The position numbers and the translations under genes were made by a program. From a virus, in the IMG/VR virus record IMGVR_UViG_3300045988_160113, positions 71,791 to 135,790 of that record: 64,000 nt of DNA; one strand, given 5' to 3'. The notes below the pieces were generated by a model, which was not told the origin of the DNA, did not search any database, and saw only the letters and a program-made list of their open reading frames with translations. Within the stretch, counting starts at the first letter, position 1; each line of letters begins with the position of its first letter. Positions 34,959 through 45,220 of this stretch are shown here, in pieces.

Positions 34959-35237
34959 ATGTTTATTCCTGCTAATCCATCTGTTTTTCCTTGTGAAAAT
35001 TGTACACATCGTGGTATTTGTAAATATGAAGATGATGTAATGAGTTTTGTTCGCTGTGCTAAATTGCCTGAACAAGAATGCTTGTCTATCAAGTATGAAT
35101 GTAAGTATAAGACTTATACAAATTTGTTTGGTGGATATAGGGATTTTGAAGTGACTAAGATTAGTAATACTAATGGTTGTACTACTTCTCGTCCTTATAC
35201 TATTGATACATCTTCAGAATGTATTGATAAAATTTGA
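34959..35237 (+). CDS. Small Cys-rich protein
   Basis: Start MFIPANPSVFPCENC after ggaggtaag. Confidence 0.45.
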   Translation: MFIPANPSVFPCENCTHRGICKYEDDVMSFVRCAKLPEQECLSIKYECKYKTYTNLFGGYRDFEVTKISNTNGCTTSRPYTIDTSSECIDKI

Positions 35238-35261
35238 CAAAATCTAAAATTTCTGATATAA
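35233..35261 (+). promoter_or_regulatory. sigma70-type promoter driving ORF-free region
   Basis: TTGACA-17 bp-TATAAT. Confidence 0.65.
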
Positions 35262-35267
35262 TATATT

Positions 35268-36594
35268 CAGAAAGTGAGAGGAGAACTAAATCTCCTCAAT
35301 ATAGCAGTAGGGAGAAACGGTTTCCTCGCTTGGCTCATAACCAAGAGACATCTGGGTCAGCACCAGTTACCGCAACCACAATTAAAAACAATGAGGCTAA
35401 CGGCAGTTGCATCAACGAAAGTTGATTAGACGGGTCGGGGTTAGCAAAGAAAGGTTAACAGGTAGTGCAGCGGTAGGTAACAAATCCGTAAGTCGAAATG
35501 AGTTGGGAAAACCAAATGATACGGCTTAGTCCTTCGTAAGAAGTTGAAGAGAGATTTTAGGTAAAAGGTAACAACTTTTAACTGCTCTTCGTAATTGACC
35601 ATGAAACAGGGTCATAGCTACCACTCATTGTTTTTAGATGTTTTATCAAAGAAGACGAATGGTTGGTGAGTCTCAAAACAACCCAACTACCACATTACTA
35701 ATCATCGCTACTCGTGGTTAGTAAGTTGTTTTAGAAGTAGCAAACCTACGAGTATGGTAGGCGGCGCGGTAATAGTCGTAAAGGGTGAGGTAAAGCTGAA
35801 TTATCATTTGAGGTAGTTTCTTTCTCCTAGCCAAAAACAGAAACCGGTGCGCAGTCGTGAAATGCGGGAATGGTAGATAAGCCTTAGTGTACTACTCATA
35901 CGGTTGTGAGTTCTCCTATGTATCTTGAGAACTCTCGGCGGCGAATGCCTAAATCTCCCCGCCCGCGCGGTTATAGCGGCGTTTACCAAACTGTTATTCG
36001 ATAAAATGGTTTGGAAGTGCGAGTAGTAACTTGGAATTACTCCCGAAAGCAACGGTTAGATTGCTCAACTTGCTAGACTCAAGTTGACAAATGGGAGGTG
36101 GCCCCTCCTATGTCTCCCACGCAACACTAAGCGCGGGCGTATATGGGAAATAGTCAACCATATACTTATTGGGTTGAGAGTGTAATATTATACATAAAAT
36201 CCCTCTGCGCGCAGAGTAAATCTGCGGTATCGTAGTAAAAACTCTACAAAAAAACTATATCAAAGGGACGACTCTAAACGAGGTAAGGGAAACAAAGTAA
36301 AGAGTACATTCTCTTAGGCTACTTTGGTATTATATGTGGTGTGGTTGAGGAGTATGGGCGACGATACACCGGAATGCGGAGTTAGCGACATACTGTGTAG
36401 ATGGCGAGTCAACAGAGCGATATAGTTTATTTTGGCTTCCTTTCCGCTCTTGCGGGATGACTCTAGGATAGCGATACTACAAAGTAAAGGAGGACTGTGA
36501 TTTATTCATAGCCCTCTTTTGCTTTACCAAAATTGTGTATTTTTAGGTAGAAAATTTTACTTAGTAATAAGAGGTTATAAAATTATAACCTTTT
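35268..36594 (+). ncRNA. Candidate large structured ncRNA (R1, ~1.3 kb)
   Basis: Promoter at 35233 and terminator at 36573. No ORF above 82 aa in any frame. GC visibly higher than the flanks. Many local stems. 5' motif GAATGGTTGGTGAG...AACCCAACTACCA is shared with R2. Confidence 0.55.
36573..36594 (+). terminator. Terminator candidate at end of R1
   Basis: ggttataaaattataacc palindrome followed by TTTT. Confidence 0.5.
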
Positions 36595-36627
36595 ATAATA
36601 TATTTTATAAAACAAGGAGGGAATAAT

Positions 36628-37239
36628 ATGGATAATATAGTTGTTTCCATTCCCGAACGTGCGAACACAACCATCCCTGACCCAAGTCTATTATGGTATT
36701 ATGAAGACTTAGAAGATAGAGTTTATCAATTGGTTGGAGAGGTTGATGAAGGTTTGCTAGATTTCTCACGCCACGTTATTAGATGGAATAGAGAAGATAA
36801 AGGAAAACCAGTTGAAGAGCGTAAGCCTATAAAATTATTTTTCTTTAGTCCTGGTGGAAGTCTTGATATAAATTATTCTGTCATTGATATTATTCGCTTG
36901 AGCAAAACTCCTATTATTGGCATCAATATGGGTGTTTGTTGTTCTGCGGCGGCGTATATTTATCTTGCTTGCCATAAGCGTTATATGCTCCCTCATTCTT
37001 ATTTTGTATTTCATCAAGGCAGTTCTCAAATGTCAGGAACTTATGGTGAAGTTGTTGCTATTATGACTGATTATCAGAATCAAGTTGCTGAATTAAGTTC
37101 CTTTATGGAAGAGAGAACTACTTATACTAGTGAGGAAATTACTGACAATATCGTTACTGAATGGTATGTAAGGGAAGAGGAAGCTCTTGAAAAGGGAGTA
37201 TGCCACGAAGTAATAGAAGATATAGAGGTGCTATTATAA
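36628..37239 (+). CDS. ClpP-family serine protease
   Basis: LFFFSPGGSLD...GVCCSAAAYI...FVFHQGS (Ser/His positions as in ClpP). Confidence 0.7.
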   Translation: MDNIVVSIPERANTTIPDPSLLWYYEDLEDRVYQLVGEVDEGLLDFSRHVIRWNREDKGKPVEERKPIKLFFFSPGGSLDINYSVIDIIRLSKTPIIGINMGVCCSAAAYIYLACHKRYMLPHSYFVFHQGSSQMSGTYGEVVAIMTDYQNQVAELSSFMEERTTYTSEEITDNIVTEWYVREEEALEKGVCHEVIEDIEVLL

Positions 37240-38067
37240 GTGGGATATATTTATAAGATTAGCAATACTGTAAATAATAAAGTTTATATAGGGCAAACCT
37301 CTCGAACGGTAGAAAAAAGATGGAATTTACATAAGCGAACAGCAAAAAATCCTTCTTATCTATCTTATTCATATCCTTTATATCAAGCTATGAGAAAATA
37401 TGGTATAGATAATTTTCAAATTGAAGTTATTGAAGAAACTGATAATAAAAATTTGAATGAGCGAGAAGTTTATTGGATATCTTATTATGATTCATATAAT
37501 AAAGGTTATAATATGACTTTAGGTGGAGATGGCCATTATAAATATGAAGATGAAGATTTTTTAGAATTATGGAATCAAGGGTATAATGCTGCTCAAATTA
37601 CAGAAATGCTACATTGTGATAGACATACAGTCGCCGATAGGCTATCTCAATTAGTTCCAAATTATTCTAATTTACAAAAAGAGAGACAAACTCCTTCAAG
37701 ATATTCTTTTGAAAAAGAGCAAAAAATTAGAGAATGCTGGGATAAAGGAATGAGTTCTAAACAGATTCAAGAAGAATTAGGAATAAATAGAAAAGGTATA
37801 AAGGGATATCTGGTAAAATATAAAAATTTTTCCGAAGAAGACTGGGAAAAAAGAAATTATGTTCAAAGAAAAAATAGCAACCCTCAAAAAATTGCTATAA
37901 AACAATTGACTTTAGATGGTCAAGAAGTAGCAGTACATCAATCTATTGCTGATGCTGGAAGAGCAGTTGGAGATGTTAGACGAAGTGCCAATATTCGCGC
38001 TTGTCTTATTGGAAAACAAATAACGGCATATGGATACAAATGGCAATATGCTGATAAGGAGAACTAA
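37240..38067 (+). CDS. GIY-YIG homing endonuclease
   Basis: GYIYKISNTVNNKVYIGQTSRTVEKRWNLH...REVYWISYY...KGYN. GTG start abutting the ClpP stop. Confidence 0.8.
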   Translation: MGYIYKISNTVNNKVYIGQTSRTVEKRWNLHKRTAKNPSYLSYSYPLYQAMRKYGIDNFQIEVIEETDNKNLNEREVYWISYYDSYNKGYNMTLGGDGHYKYEDEDFLELWNQGYNAAQITEMLHCDRHTVADRLSQLVPNYSNLQKERQTPSRYSFEKEQKIRECWDKGMSSKQIQEELGINRKGIKGYLVKYKNFSEEDWEKRNYVQRKNSNPQKIAIKQLTLDGQEVAVHQSIADAGRAVGDVRRSANIRACLIGKQITAYGYKWQYADKEN

Positions 38068-38072
38068 ACTAT

Positions 38073-38900
38073 ATGGATTATACTGGATACAAAAGTATTA
38101 TTCTTGATGATAAGGACTTAGCACAGTTATATCAAGATGGAACTGTTGATGGCCTTGAACTATATGAAAATGAATACCTCGCGGTTATGAATGAGAATGA
38201 GGAAATAGTTGATAAGTTCAAAATGAAGAAGGGCGGTTTAGAAAAAGTCCCATTTTATAGTTTCGAATCTCGTCAAATGGGAACTGTCAAACCAAAGACT
38301 TTTGAACAGCATTTTGCTATGGATTTATTGCGAGATAGACAAATTACAGTAAAAATGATACGTGGTGTGTATGGAAGTGGAAAAGACTACCTTATGTCTG
38401 CATACGCTATCGAAGCCCTTGAAAAGGGTTATTATAATAAAATTGTTTATATTCGCCCTAATGTGTCTCTAAAGGATGTTCCCGAGACTGGTTATCTCAA
38501 AGGTTCAATTATGGATAAATTGGGTTGGACTTTAGGCCCTCTTTATGATAAATGGGGTGGAGAAGATGGTGTCCAAATGATGATTGATAATGGTCAATTA
38601 GAACTTGCTCCTTTACAATTTATTCGCGGTCGTAGTTTTGAGAATTGTTTGATTTATGTTTCTGAAGGACAGAACATTACGACTGAAGTTGCTAAATTGC
38701 TCCTTGGCCGAGTTGGAGAAAATTCTGCTCTCATTATCAATGGTGATACGCATCAGACAGATAATAGAGTATATGAACGTGATAATGGTGTTCTAAAGAT
38801 GATTGACCGTCTCAAAGGTCATCCTCTCTTCGGCTACATTTATCTTTCTCAAACCCTACGTAGTGAAACTGCTAATTTAGCAAATCTTCTCGATGACTAA
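38073..38900 (+). CDS. phoH: PhoH-like ATPase
   Basis: GVYGSGKDYL, LIYVSEGQNIT, INGDTHQTD. Confidence 0.75.
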   Translation: MDYTGYKSIILDDKDLAQLYQDGTVDGLELYENEYLAVMNENEEIVDKFKMKKGGLEKVPFYSFESRQMGTVKPKTFEQHFAMDLLRDRQITVKMIRGVYGSGKDYLMSAYAIEALEKGYYNKIVYIRPNVSLKDVPETGYLKGSIMDKLGWTLGPLYDKWGGEDGVQMMIDNGQLELAPLQFIRGRSFENCLIYVSEGQNITTEVAKLLLGRVGENSALIINGDTHQTDNRVYERDNGVLKMIDRLKGHPLFGYIYLSQTLRSETANLANLLDD

Positions 38901-38907
38901 TTATTTC

Positions 38908-38937
38908 GGGCGGCGTCTCTGCGCGCCGCCCATTTTT
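38908..38937 (+). terminator. Rho-independent terminator
   Basis: gggcggcg-tctctgcg-cgccgccc followed by aTTTTT. Confidence 0.7.
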
Positions 38938-38951
38938 ATGGAAGTGATGAA

Positions 38952-40601
38952 ATGGCGAACCTATTGGGTGAAAGTAAGCAACTTGCCAGCAAATTTGTAT
39001 TCTACGACCAACTAAAAGAGTATGACCCTGGTACTATTCAACGCTCTCTATACGATAGCGCTGTTTCTGCTGGTGAAGCAGTTCTTGCTCTCAATAAACC
39101 AGAGTCGCGAGCAGCATTCATCGCTTCTAATCTGCGCGCGCAAGCAAGAAATGAAGCACAGAAAGATATAATGTTGCTCAATACTTACTTTGGTGGGAAT
39201 TATAATATTGACGATGTTTATAATAAAGATATTGGTAAAAAAATCACCATTGCTCTCAATGAAGCACTCAATTTGAAAGATATTTTTCAACGCAATTATG
39301 ACCGTATTGTAAATGAGAAAGGTGATGGGCGCGCAGCAAAGGTTACTATTTCTTCTGTTATGGAGAGTTATGTAATAACAGAAATTAGAAACAGTTGGCC
39401 TACTATTTGTAATCATGTATTGAAACGCTTAGCAGATAGTAATGGTGAATACTCTATCGCGCAAGCAATAGAGGAAGAATTCAATTCTGAATATATAAAG
39501 AAAGTTATTGGACGCGCGCTGGACAAAGCATTAGCATCACCTACTTGGACTGGTGGAAATGATAATCCTTTCAAAGAATTAGTGGACTATTTGAATACCC
39601 ATAAAGACCGTCGCAATGAAATTCTTGACAAAATGTGGCAGTATTTAGGAATTGATAGATTGAAACAAAATATGGTAGAAAATATTACTAATTCTGAACA
39701 ATTGAAGAATTTCAAAAATAGCCGAAAGAGCGGAAAAATAAATTTGACTACTTCAATCAAAAGCGGAGTCCAGCGAGGGCTTATGGGAGAAGCACTTTCT
39801 CAAGTTGTTAGTGAGGCCGCGGTAAAATTGAATACAGAGAATACTAAGTTTACTTCTGAGCAAGTTGGCTCTATCGGCGCGAAGCCAGATGTAATATTAG
39901 GTTTTCAAATCAAAGTGGATACTATTAGTGGTATTATGACTAATGATAGATTCAAAGGGTCTGATAGGGAAACTAATCGAAGTAGATTTATTGAAATCAA
40001 TGAGCATTTGAAGAGATTGAATAAAGGAATTGTTGTCTACTCTAATGTAAAAGATTACGCACTTGGTCAAGATTTCAAGAGACGTGGTGGTTTTTCTACT
40101 GGTGGAGACATGACATTAGATACCTATGCTAATATAATGAAAAAGACAAAAACAGGCGAGTTCATTGGCGCTGTTGCTAATGCTATGGATAAAGCAGTAT
40201 TTGGCGATGATAAGCATAGGCAAGCAATTTTAGAAATGATAACTCAAGATATGGCAAACTTTTTGTTCGATGATGTATTTACCGTTGGTAAAGAAATGAC
40301 TGGCGGCGCAACTGCGATACATCTGATGAATTTAGATGGAGTATATATTCCAGTTTCATATTTACTATTGCTTTTAGCAGAAGCATTTGAAAAGGAAGAT
40401 AAGAATAATTATCGAGATATTTTCTATCCAACTATTAGGTATACGGAAATTTTATATCCTGATGGCGGTGAAGGCCATGAGGGAGATAATATATGGTCTT
40501 TTGAAGACTGGAAGAGACAGAGAGACGACGCACTAAACAAGATTACTATTGGCGCTCATTTTGCGCGCAGTTTTGTTGATATTGTAAAGGAATTGAAATA
40601 A
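38952..40601 (+). CDS. Hypothetical protein (549 aa)
   Basis: ORF track. A possible PD..QxK segment (AKPDVILGFQIKV) is weak. Confidence 0.55.
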   Translation: MANLLGESKQLASKFVFYDQLKEYDPGTIQRSLYDSAVSAGEAVLALNKPESRAAFIASNLRAQARNEAQKDIMLLNTYFGGNYNIDDVYNKDIGKKITIALNEALNLKDIFQRNYDRIVNEKGDGRAAKVTISSVMESYVITEIRNSWPTICNHVLKRLADSNGEYSIAQAIEEEFNSEYIKKVIGRALDKALASPTWTGGNDNPFKELVDYLNTHKDRRNEILDKMWQYLGIDRLKQNMVENITNSEQLKNFKNSRKSGKINLTTSIKSGVQRGLMGEALSQVVSEAAVKLNTENTKFTSEQVGSIGAKPDVILGFQIKVDTISGIMTNDRFKGSDRETNRSRFIEINEHLKRLNKGIVVYSNVKDYALGQDFKRRGGFSTGGDMTLDTYANIMKKTKTGEFIGAVANAMDKAVFGDDKHRQAILEMITQDMANFLFDDVFTVGKEMTGGATAIHLMNLDGVYIPVSYLLLLLAEAFEKEDKNNYRDIFYPTIRYTEILYPDGGEGHEGDNIWSFEDWKRQRDDALNKITIGAHFARSFVDIVKELK

Positions 40602-40831
40602 TGAAAGTAAGAACTATAAAGAAAGATAAACTATTGGAGTTAGTGAGCAATTATAATTGGGACCCGATTCCTAAAGAAGTAGTCGACCATTGGCTTTGTA
40701 TTTGGGGTTTGACTATTGAGATTGAACCCGAGACGCGCGCTGAAGAAAATGAAGCAAAGAAAACAGACTGCGCGCAGAACGAAATAAAAGAACAAAAAAA
40801 TAATGATAATAAAGTAGAGGAAGAGCATTAG
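40601..40831 (+). CDS. Hypothetical acidic protein
   Basis: ORF track. Confidence 0.45.
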   Translation: MKVRTIKKDKLLELVSNYNWDPIPKEVVDHWLCIWGLTIEIEPETRAEENEAKKTDCAQNEIKEQKNNDNKVEEEH

Positions 40832-40846
40832 TCTCTTCCTCTTTCT
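40817..40846 (+). terminator. Rho-independent terminator
   Basis: gaggaagag-cattagt-ctcttcctc followed by TTTCT. Confidence 0.6.
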
Positions 40847-40849
40847 AAT

Positions 40850-40878
40850 TTGAAAATTTTAGAAATATATGATATAAT
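40850..40878 (+). promoter_or_regulatory. sigma70-type promoter with conserved leader
   Basis: TTGAAA-17 bp-TATAAT. Confidence 0.65.
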
Positions 40879-40910
40879 ATATATAGAAAGTGGAAAGAGA
40901 GGAACTAAAA

Positions 40911-41213
40911 ATGTATAAATCCAATAAGTATTCTGCTCAGAGAGATGCTATCATTGAGGGTTGCGCAATGGTGAAACTTGCTGAAGCAAGTGATGCCCTT
41001 ACTCTTGATGAAATTATTTGCGGCGAGCCACTTCTTGCTGGAGTAAGCACTCAGAAGCTCGCGCGAGTAATGATGAAGTTTGTTGATATGGGTTTCGTGG
41101 TAAAGTCTAAGCGCCGCGATGGTAAGATGATTTATAAAACTGTTGCTAAGATGGAAGAAGAGGGATATGAGAGAGACCCTGTTACTCATTTGTTTGGAGG
41201 AGAAATGGCATGA
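40911..41213 (+). CDS. Winged-helix-like DNA-binding protein
   Basis: Start MYKSNKY. ...STQKLARVMMKFVDMGFVVKSKRRDGKMIYK. Confidence 0.45.
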   Translation: MYKSNKYSAQRDAIIEGCAMVKLAEASDALTLDEIICGEPLLAGVSTQKLARVMMKFVDMGFVVKSKRRDGKMIYKTVAKMEEEGYERDPVTHLFGGEMA

Positions 41214-41440
41214 CTGATTTGAAGTATTATATTGGTAATACAGTTGAAGATACTGTTATGGTAACTCCCGATGATAAAGCAATTTATTTTGATACAGAAG
41301 AAGAAGCACAGTTTTTCTTTGATAACTATCTTACACCCGAAGACAGAGAAATTGCTATTATCATTCATTGTATTTTGTTTTATGATGGTGGCTATGTAAA
41401 TTGGAAAGAATATAAAAAAGAGTTAGAACAGGAGGAATAA
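41210..41440 (+). CDS. Hypothetical protein
   Basis: ORF track. Confidence 0.45.
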   Translation: MTDLKYYIGNTVEDTVMVTPDDKAIYFDTEEEAQFFFDNYLTPEDREIAIIIHCILFYDGGYVNWKEYKKELEQEE

Positions 41441-41441
41441 T

Positions 41442-42635
41442 ATGACTGTTCATGATACTTATGATAATCTAATGGAAGTCCAAAAGTTTATTCTTGACCA
41501 CGAAAATTGGAAAGAACTCTTGGAAAATCCTCCTTACTGCCTGAAGATTACCGTAGAGGGTACTCTTATTATGTTCAATTATAGTCAGTTGGATTCTGAT
41601 TTCTATAATCCTATCGTCAAGGAATGCCGTGGTTTGATTCTTGATAAAAATACTTACCGAGTTGTGTGTCGCGCGATGGATAAGTTTATGAATGCTGAGG
41701 AAGGTGCAAGTGACCTCAATAAAATCAACTGGTTTGATTTTCAGATTCAGACTAAAATTGATGGGTCTTTGATTCGTCTTTATCATTATAACGGCGAATG
41801 GCACGTGTCCACCAGTGGTACGATTGATGCCTTCAATGCACCTCTCAATGTTGGCGGTTACAAGACTTTCGGTGATTTATTTGCGGCAGCACTATGGAAG
41901 TATATCAATCCTGAGTGTTTTTATGGAATGCTTGACCCTACTCATACTTATTGGTTTGAGTTGACTTCTCCGTATAACCGCGTTGTTATTCCTTATGATG
42001 AAATTGAATTGACTTTTCTTGGTTGGCGCGCAAATTATGCTCCCTATAAGGAAAAGTGGCCCTCTCAGTCAGTTGTCGCAGAGTATATTCCTATTGCTAG
42101 TAGGCTTCCTCGTCAATCTTATCAGTCTCTCCGCGCGCTGGCTGATTCATTGCCTTGGAATGAAGAGGGCTTTGTAATTTGTGATAATAATTTCCATCGT
42201 GTCAAGGTGAAGTCTCCTGCTTGGATTTCTGCGCACTATCTGCGGAATAATGGCATTCAGCCTGACCGTAGACTTATTGATGTTATCCTACATGGTGAGC
42301 AGGAAGAATTGCTTACTTATGCTCCTGAATATACCGACCGTCTACACGAACTTCAAGCAATGATGGAAGAGTATCACCTGCGCGCTGATGAACTTTTTAG
42401 TGTTTATTTGGAAATGTATATTGGTTTGGATTGTCCTGGCCGCGCATGGTTCGCAAAAACTGTAAAGAAGAATAAAGAAGATTGTGAACCGTATTTGTTT
42501 TGGGCTTTCAGTAAGATTTATGGCACTCCGCGCGGTGAAATGGATGATAATAAAGATTATTCTTTCAAGAGATATGAGAAGGAAAATCTTGATGCGCGCA
42601 AGTGGGTAAGATTGTTGAAGTTGAAGGAGGAATAA
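41442..42635 (+). CDS. ATP-dependent RNA ligase family protein
   Basis: ECRGLILD..., motif I QTKIDGSLIRLYHY (KxDGS), EGFVICD, VKVKSP. Confidence 0.65.
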   Translation: MTVHDTYDNLMEVQKFILDHENWKELLENPPYCLKITVEGTLIMFNYSQLDSDFYNPIVKECRGLILDKNTYRVVCRAMDKFMNAEEGASDLNKINWFDFQIQTKIDGSLIRLYHYNGEWHVSTSGTIDAFNAPLNVGGYKTFGDLFAAALWKYINPECFYGMLDPTHTYWFELTSPYNRVVIPYDEIELTFLGWRANYAPYKEKWPSQSVVAEYIPIASRLPRQSYQSLRALADSLPWNEEGFVICDNNFHRVKVKSPAWISAHYLRNNGIQPDRRLIDVILHGEQEELLTYAPEYTDRLHELQAMMEEYHLRADELFSVYLEMYIGLDCPGRAWFAKTVKKNKEDCEPYLFWAFSKIYGTPRGEMDDNKDYSFKRYEKENLDARKWVRLLKLKEE

Positions 42636-42636
42636 T

Positions 42637-43467
42637 ATGACTCGTGAAGAGAGAATTATGAATGGCGTGAAAGACCATTGGGACGATGCACAGAGAAATG
42701 GTCAGATGCCACAGTTTTCATTAGGAATTTTTCTTCAAGGAAGTCAGAACTATGGCCTTGATTATGAGGGTAGTGATATTGATACCAAGTTGATTACTCT
42801 TCCAACTTTCAAGAGCATTATTCATAATGATGCGCCTGTTAGCACAACTTTTGTAAGAGAGAATAATGAGCATACTGATTACAAAGATGTGAGATTGTAT
42901 ATTAAGAATTTCAAGAAACAGAATATCAATTTTTTGGAGATTTTATTTACAAATTTTGGGATTGTAAACAAGAGATTTGAGGAAGATTGGCTTAGTCTCC
43001 AGTTGAATAGAGAAAGGATTGCTCATTACAATCGTTTTCGCGCGCTGAAAGTGATGAAGGGAATGACGCTTGAGAAGTATGCGGCACTTGAACATCCGTA
43101 TCCATCTAAGAAAGAGGTATTGGAGAAGTACTCATTCGACCCAAAACAACTTCACCATATCCTTCGTCTCAATGACTTCATTAGCCGTTATACCCAAGAA
43201 GAGTCTTTTGCAGATTGTCTTATTCCTACTAATCCAGAATTCCTTATCGAAGTAAAGAAAGGCAATGTATACGATTTGGACCGCGCGCGAGAAGTAGCCA
43301 AGAAAGTCGTTGCTAATACTGTTGAAATCGCTGATAAATTCTGCGAACTTATTCCTGACCGCGGCGACCCTATTGTTGATGAAATTCTTGACGAGTTTCT
43401 TTGCAATGTAATGAAAGAGTCTCTTAGTTTGGAGTTCAGTAATTTTTACTGTTCAGAAATATATTGA
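42637..43467 (+). CDS. Pol-beta-superfamily nucleotidyltransferase
   Basis: LQGSQNYGLDYEGSDIDTKLI (GS...SDxD). Confidence 0.6.
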   Translation: MTREERIMNGVKDHWDDAQRNGQMPQFSLGIFLQGSQNYGLDYEGSDIDTKLITLPTFKSIIHNDAPVSTTFVRENNEHTDYKDVRLYIKNFKKQNINFLEILFTNFGIVNKRFEEDWLSLQLNRERIAHYNRFRALKVMKGMTLEKYAALEHPYPSKKEVLEKYSFDPKQLHHILRLNDFISRYTQEESFADCLIPTNPEFLIEVKKGNVYDLDRAREVAKKVVANTVEIADKFCELIPDRGDPIVDEILDEFLCNVMKESLSLEFSNFYCSEIY

Positions 43468-43488
43468 CCAAGGAATTATCTACGATTT

Positions 43489-43517
43489 TTGACTTTTTCT
43501 CAAATTTTTGATATAAT
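43489..43517 (+). promoter_or_regulatory. sigma70-type promoter with conserved leader
   Basis: TTGACT-17 bp-TATAAT. Confidence 0.65.
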
Positions 43518-43542
43518 ATATATAGAAAGTGAGGAAAGAGTT

Positions 43543-44274
43543 ATGGATATTGTTTCGCTTCGTGAACAGTGGAAGCCTTTCTTTGATAAAATTAGACAGA
43601 CCAAGGAGTTTGAAGAGTTTACTAAAGACCCTTGGTCTCGGTCTTTTTCTCATCTTTGCGAGGCCATCAAGGAAAATTTTCCTGACTTTGCTTTTACTTC
43701 TGATAGTGGTGAAACAAAGTTTGTGATTATTCCAGAAGATTATGACATAGTTCTCAAGTTTCCTAATGCTCCGACAAGACATGACTTTTCTATTGATTAT
43801 TGTCTTGTTGAAGCAAGAAATTATCGCGCGGCAGTAGAGAAGCATTTAGATAAATATTTTGCTTGGTGCGATAAACTTTTTGACGTATATACGCCTAATG
43901 GGTATTATCCTATTTATGTTATGGAAAAGGTAAACTGTGATGAACAGTCTATCAATGAAGAGTTGATGGATTGGTTCAATAACAACTATGATGAACCCGA
44001 TTCTAAAGATGAAAAAGAAATGATTGAGTATGAAGATACTCTTCAGGAATTTTCCGATGGCTCTAGTGTTGCTGTTGACCTTTGGTTTGAGTCTATTTTC
44101 TCTGATGACTATATGCGTCTTATTCAGTTTTTCGCTACTAATCTTATTGATGATATCCATAGTGGTAATCTTGGATATCGCAATGGAGAAATTGTTATCA
44201 TTGATTATTGCGGTTACAGCACACTTTTCAATTCCAAACTTCCTAAAGATTGGTATTCAAAGTATGGTTTTTGA
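43543..44274 (+). CDS. Hypothetical protein
   Basis: Start MDIVSLREQW after the leader gtgaggaaagag. Confidence 0.5.
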   Translation: MDIVSLREQWKPFFDKIRQTKEFEEFTKDPWSRSFSHLCEAIKENFPDFAFTSDSGETKFVIIPEDYDIVLKFPNAPTRHDFSIDYCLVEARNYRAAVEKHLDKYFAWCDKLFDVYTPNGYYPIYVMEKVNCDEQSINEELMDWFNNNYDEPDSKDEKEMIEYEDTLQEFSDGSSVAVDLWFESIFSDDYMRLIQFFATNLIDDIHSGNLGYRNGEIVIIDYCGYSTLFNSKLPKDWYSKYGF

Positions 44275-44361
44275 TGGATTCTTCTGCTCAAAATTCCTCT
44301 TATAATAGGGAGAACTCTCCCTTTATAATATATTTATGCGGCTTGCCGCAGAGGAGGAAAT

Positions 44362-45159
44362 ATGGCTAACAAACATATGAAATCCTCAAACATTATTCTT
44401 ATGGTTGTTATTGTATTTATGGTGATGATGGGAACTGGATTTTACTCATTATGCCATGCAAACGACACAGAGGTTCTGCGCGCGGAGAAAACGCAAGAAT
44501 ATGAAAGTGTTGAAGTAGCAACCAAAGACCCAAATGAGTTGAAACAACTCATGGCAGAGTGTGAGAGTACAATGAAGACCGCCAATATTATGGCAGAGTC
44601 AGCAAGAACCCTTGGATATGATGAGGGACATATAATTATTGCTCTTGCGAAAGAAGATTATGGACGCGCGCAGAAAGAATATGAAGTATACTGTGCAGTC
44701 TATGATGACATAATGAAAGTATGGGAGGAATGTGCGGCTGAATATCCTGCGGCCACTCAAGCATGGTTATATTTATATAACCTTGGATATTCTGATTCAG
44801 TAATTGCTGGTATTATCGGTAATATGATGGTTGAATGTGGTGGGCATACTCTTGCTCTAAATCCAACTATCTATTCTAAGGATGGATACTATGGTCTTTG
44901 TCAATGGAATAAGAATTATGGTATTCATGGAACTTCTATTGAAGTTCAATTAGATTATTTAGCTAATAGTATTGAAGAAACATTTGATAATTTTGGTTAT
45001 CTTTACCAACGAGGCTTTGATTATTCCAGTTTTATGAGTCTCACGAGTGAAAAAGAAGCGGCTTTAGCATTTGCTAGAGTGTATGAACGTTGTACTATAT
45101 TTTCCTACGGCGCGCGTAGAGCATGTGCAACTACGGCCTATAATTACTTTGTGAAGTAA
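44362..45159 (+). CDS. Membrane-anchored protein with phage tail-lysozyme-like domain
   Basis: N-terminal TM. VIAGIIGNMMVECGGHTL...YGLCQWNKNY...QLDYL. Confidence 0.55.
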   Translation: MANKHMKSSNIILMVVIVFMVMMGTGFYSLCHANDTEVLRAEKTQEYESVEVATKDPNELKQLMAECESTMKTANIMAESARTLGYDEGHIIIALAKEDYGRAQKEYEVYCAVYDDIMKVWEECAAEYPAATQAWLYLYNLGYSDSVIAGIIGNMMVECGGHTLALNPTIYSKDGYYGLCQWNKNYGIHGTSIEVQLDYLANSIEETFDNFGYLYQRGFDYSSFMSLTSEKEAALAFARVYERCTIFSYGARRACATTAYNYFVK

Positions 45160-45184
45160 GTAAGATAAAGAATAATGTTTGAGG

Positions 45185-45216
45185 AGAGGACGTTTATAAT
45201 GAGCGTCCTCTTTTTC
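45185..45216 (+). terminator. Rho-independent terminator
   Basis: agaggacg-loop-cgtcctct followed by TTTTT. Confidence 0.65.
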
Positions 45217-45220
45217 TAAT

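Noticed and set aside
35234-36052. ORFs 35234-35425 (+) and 35804-36052 (-) inside R1
   Set aside because: They have no RBS. The leader RBS-like sequence is locked in a hairpin. The composition and stem density fit RNA rather than protein.
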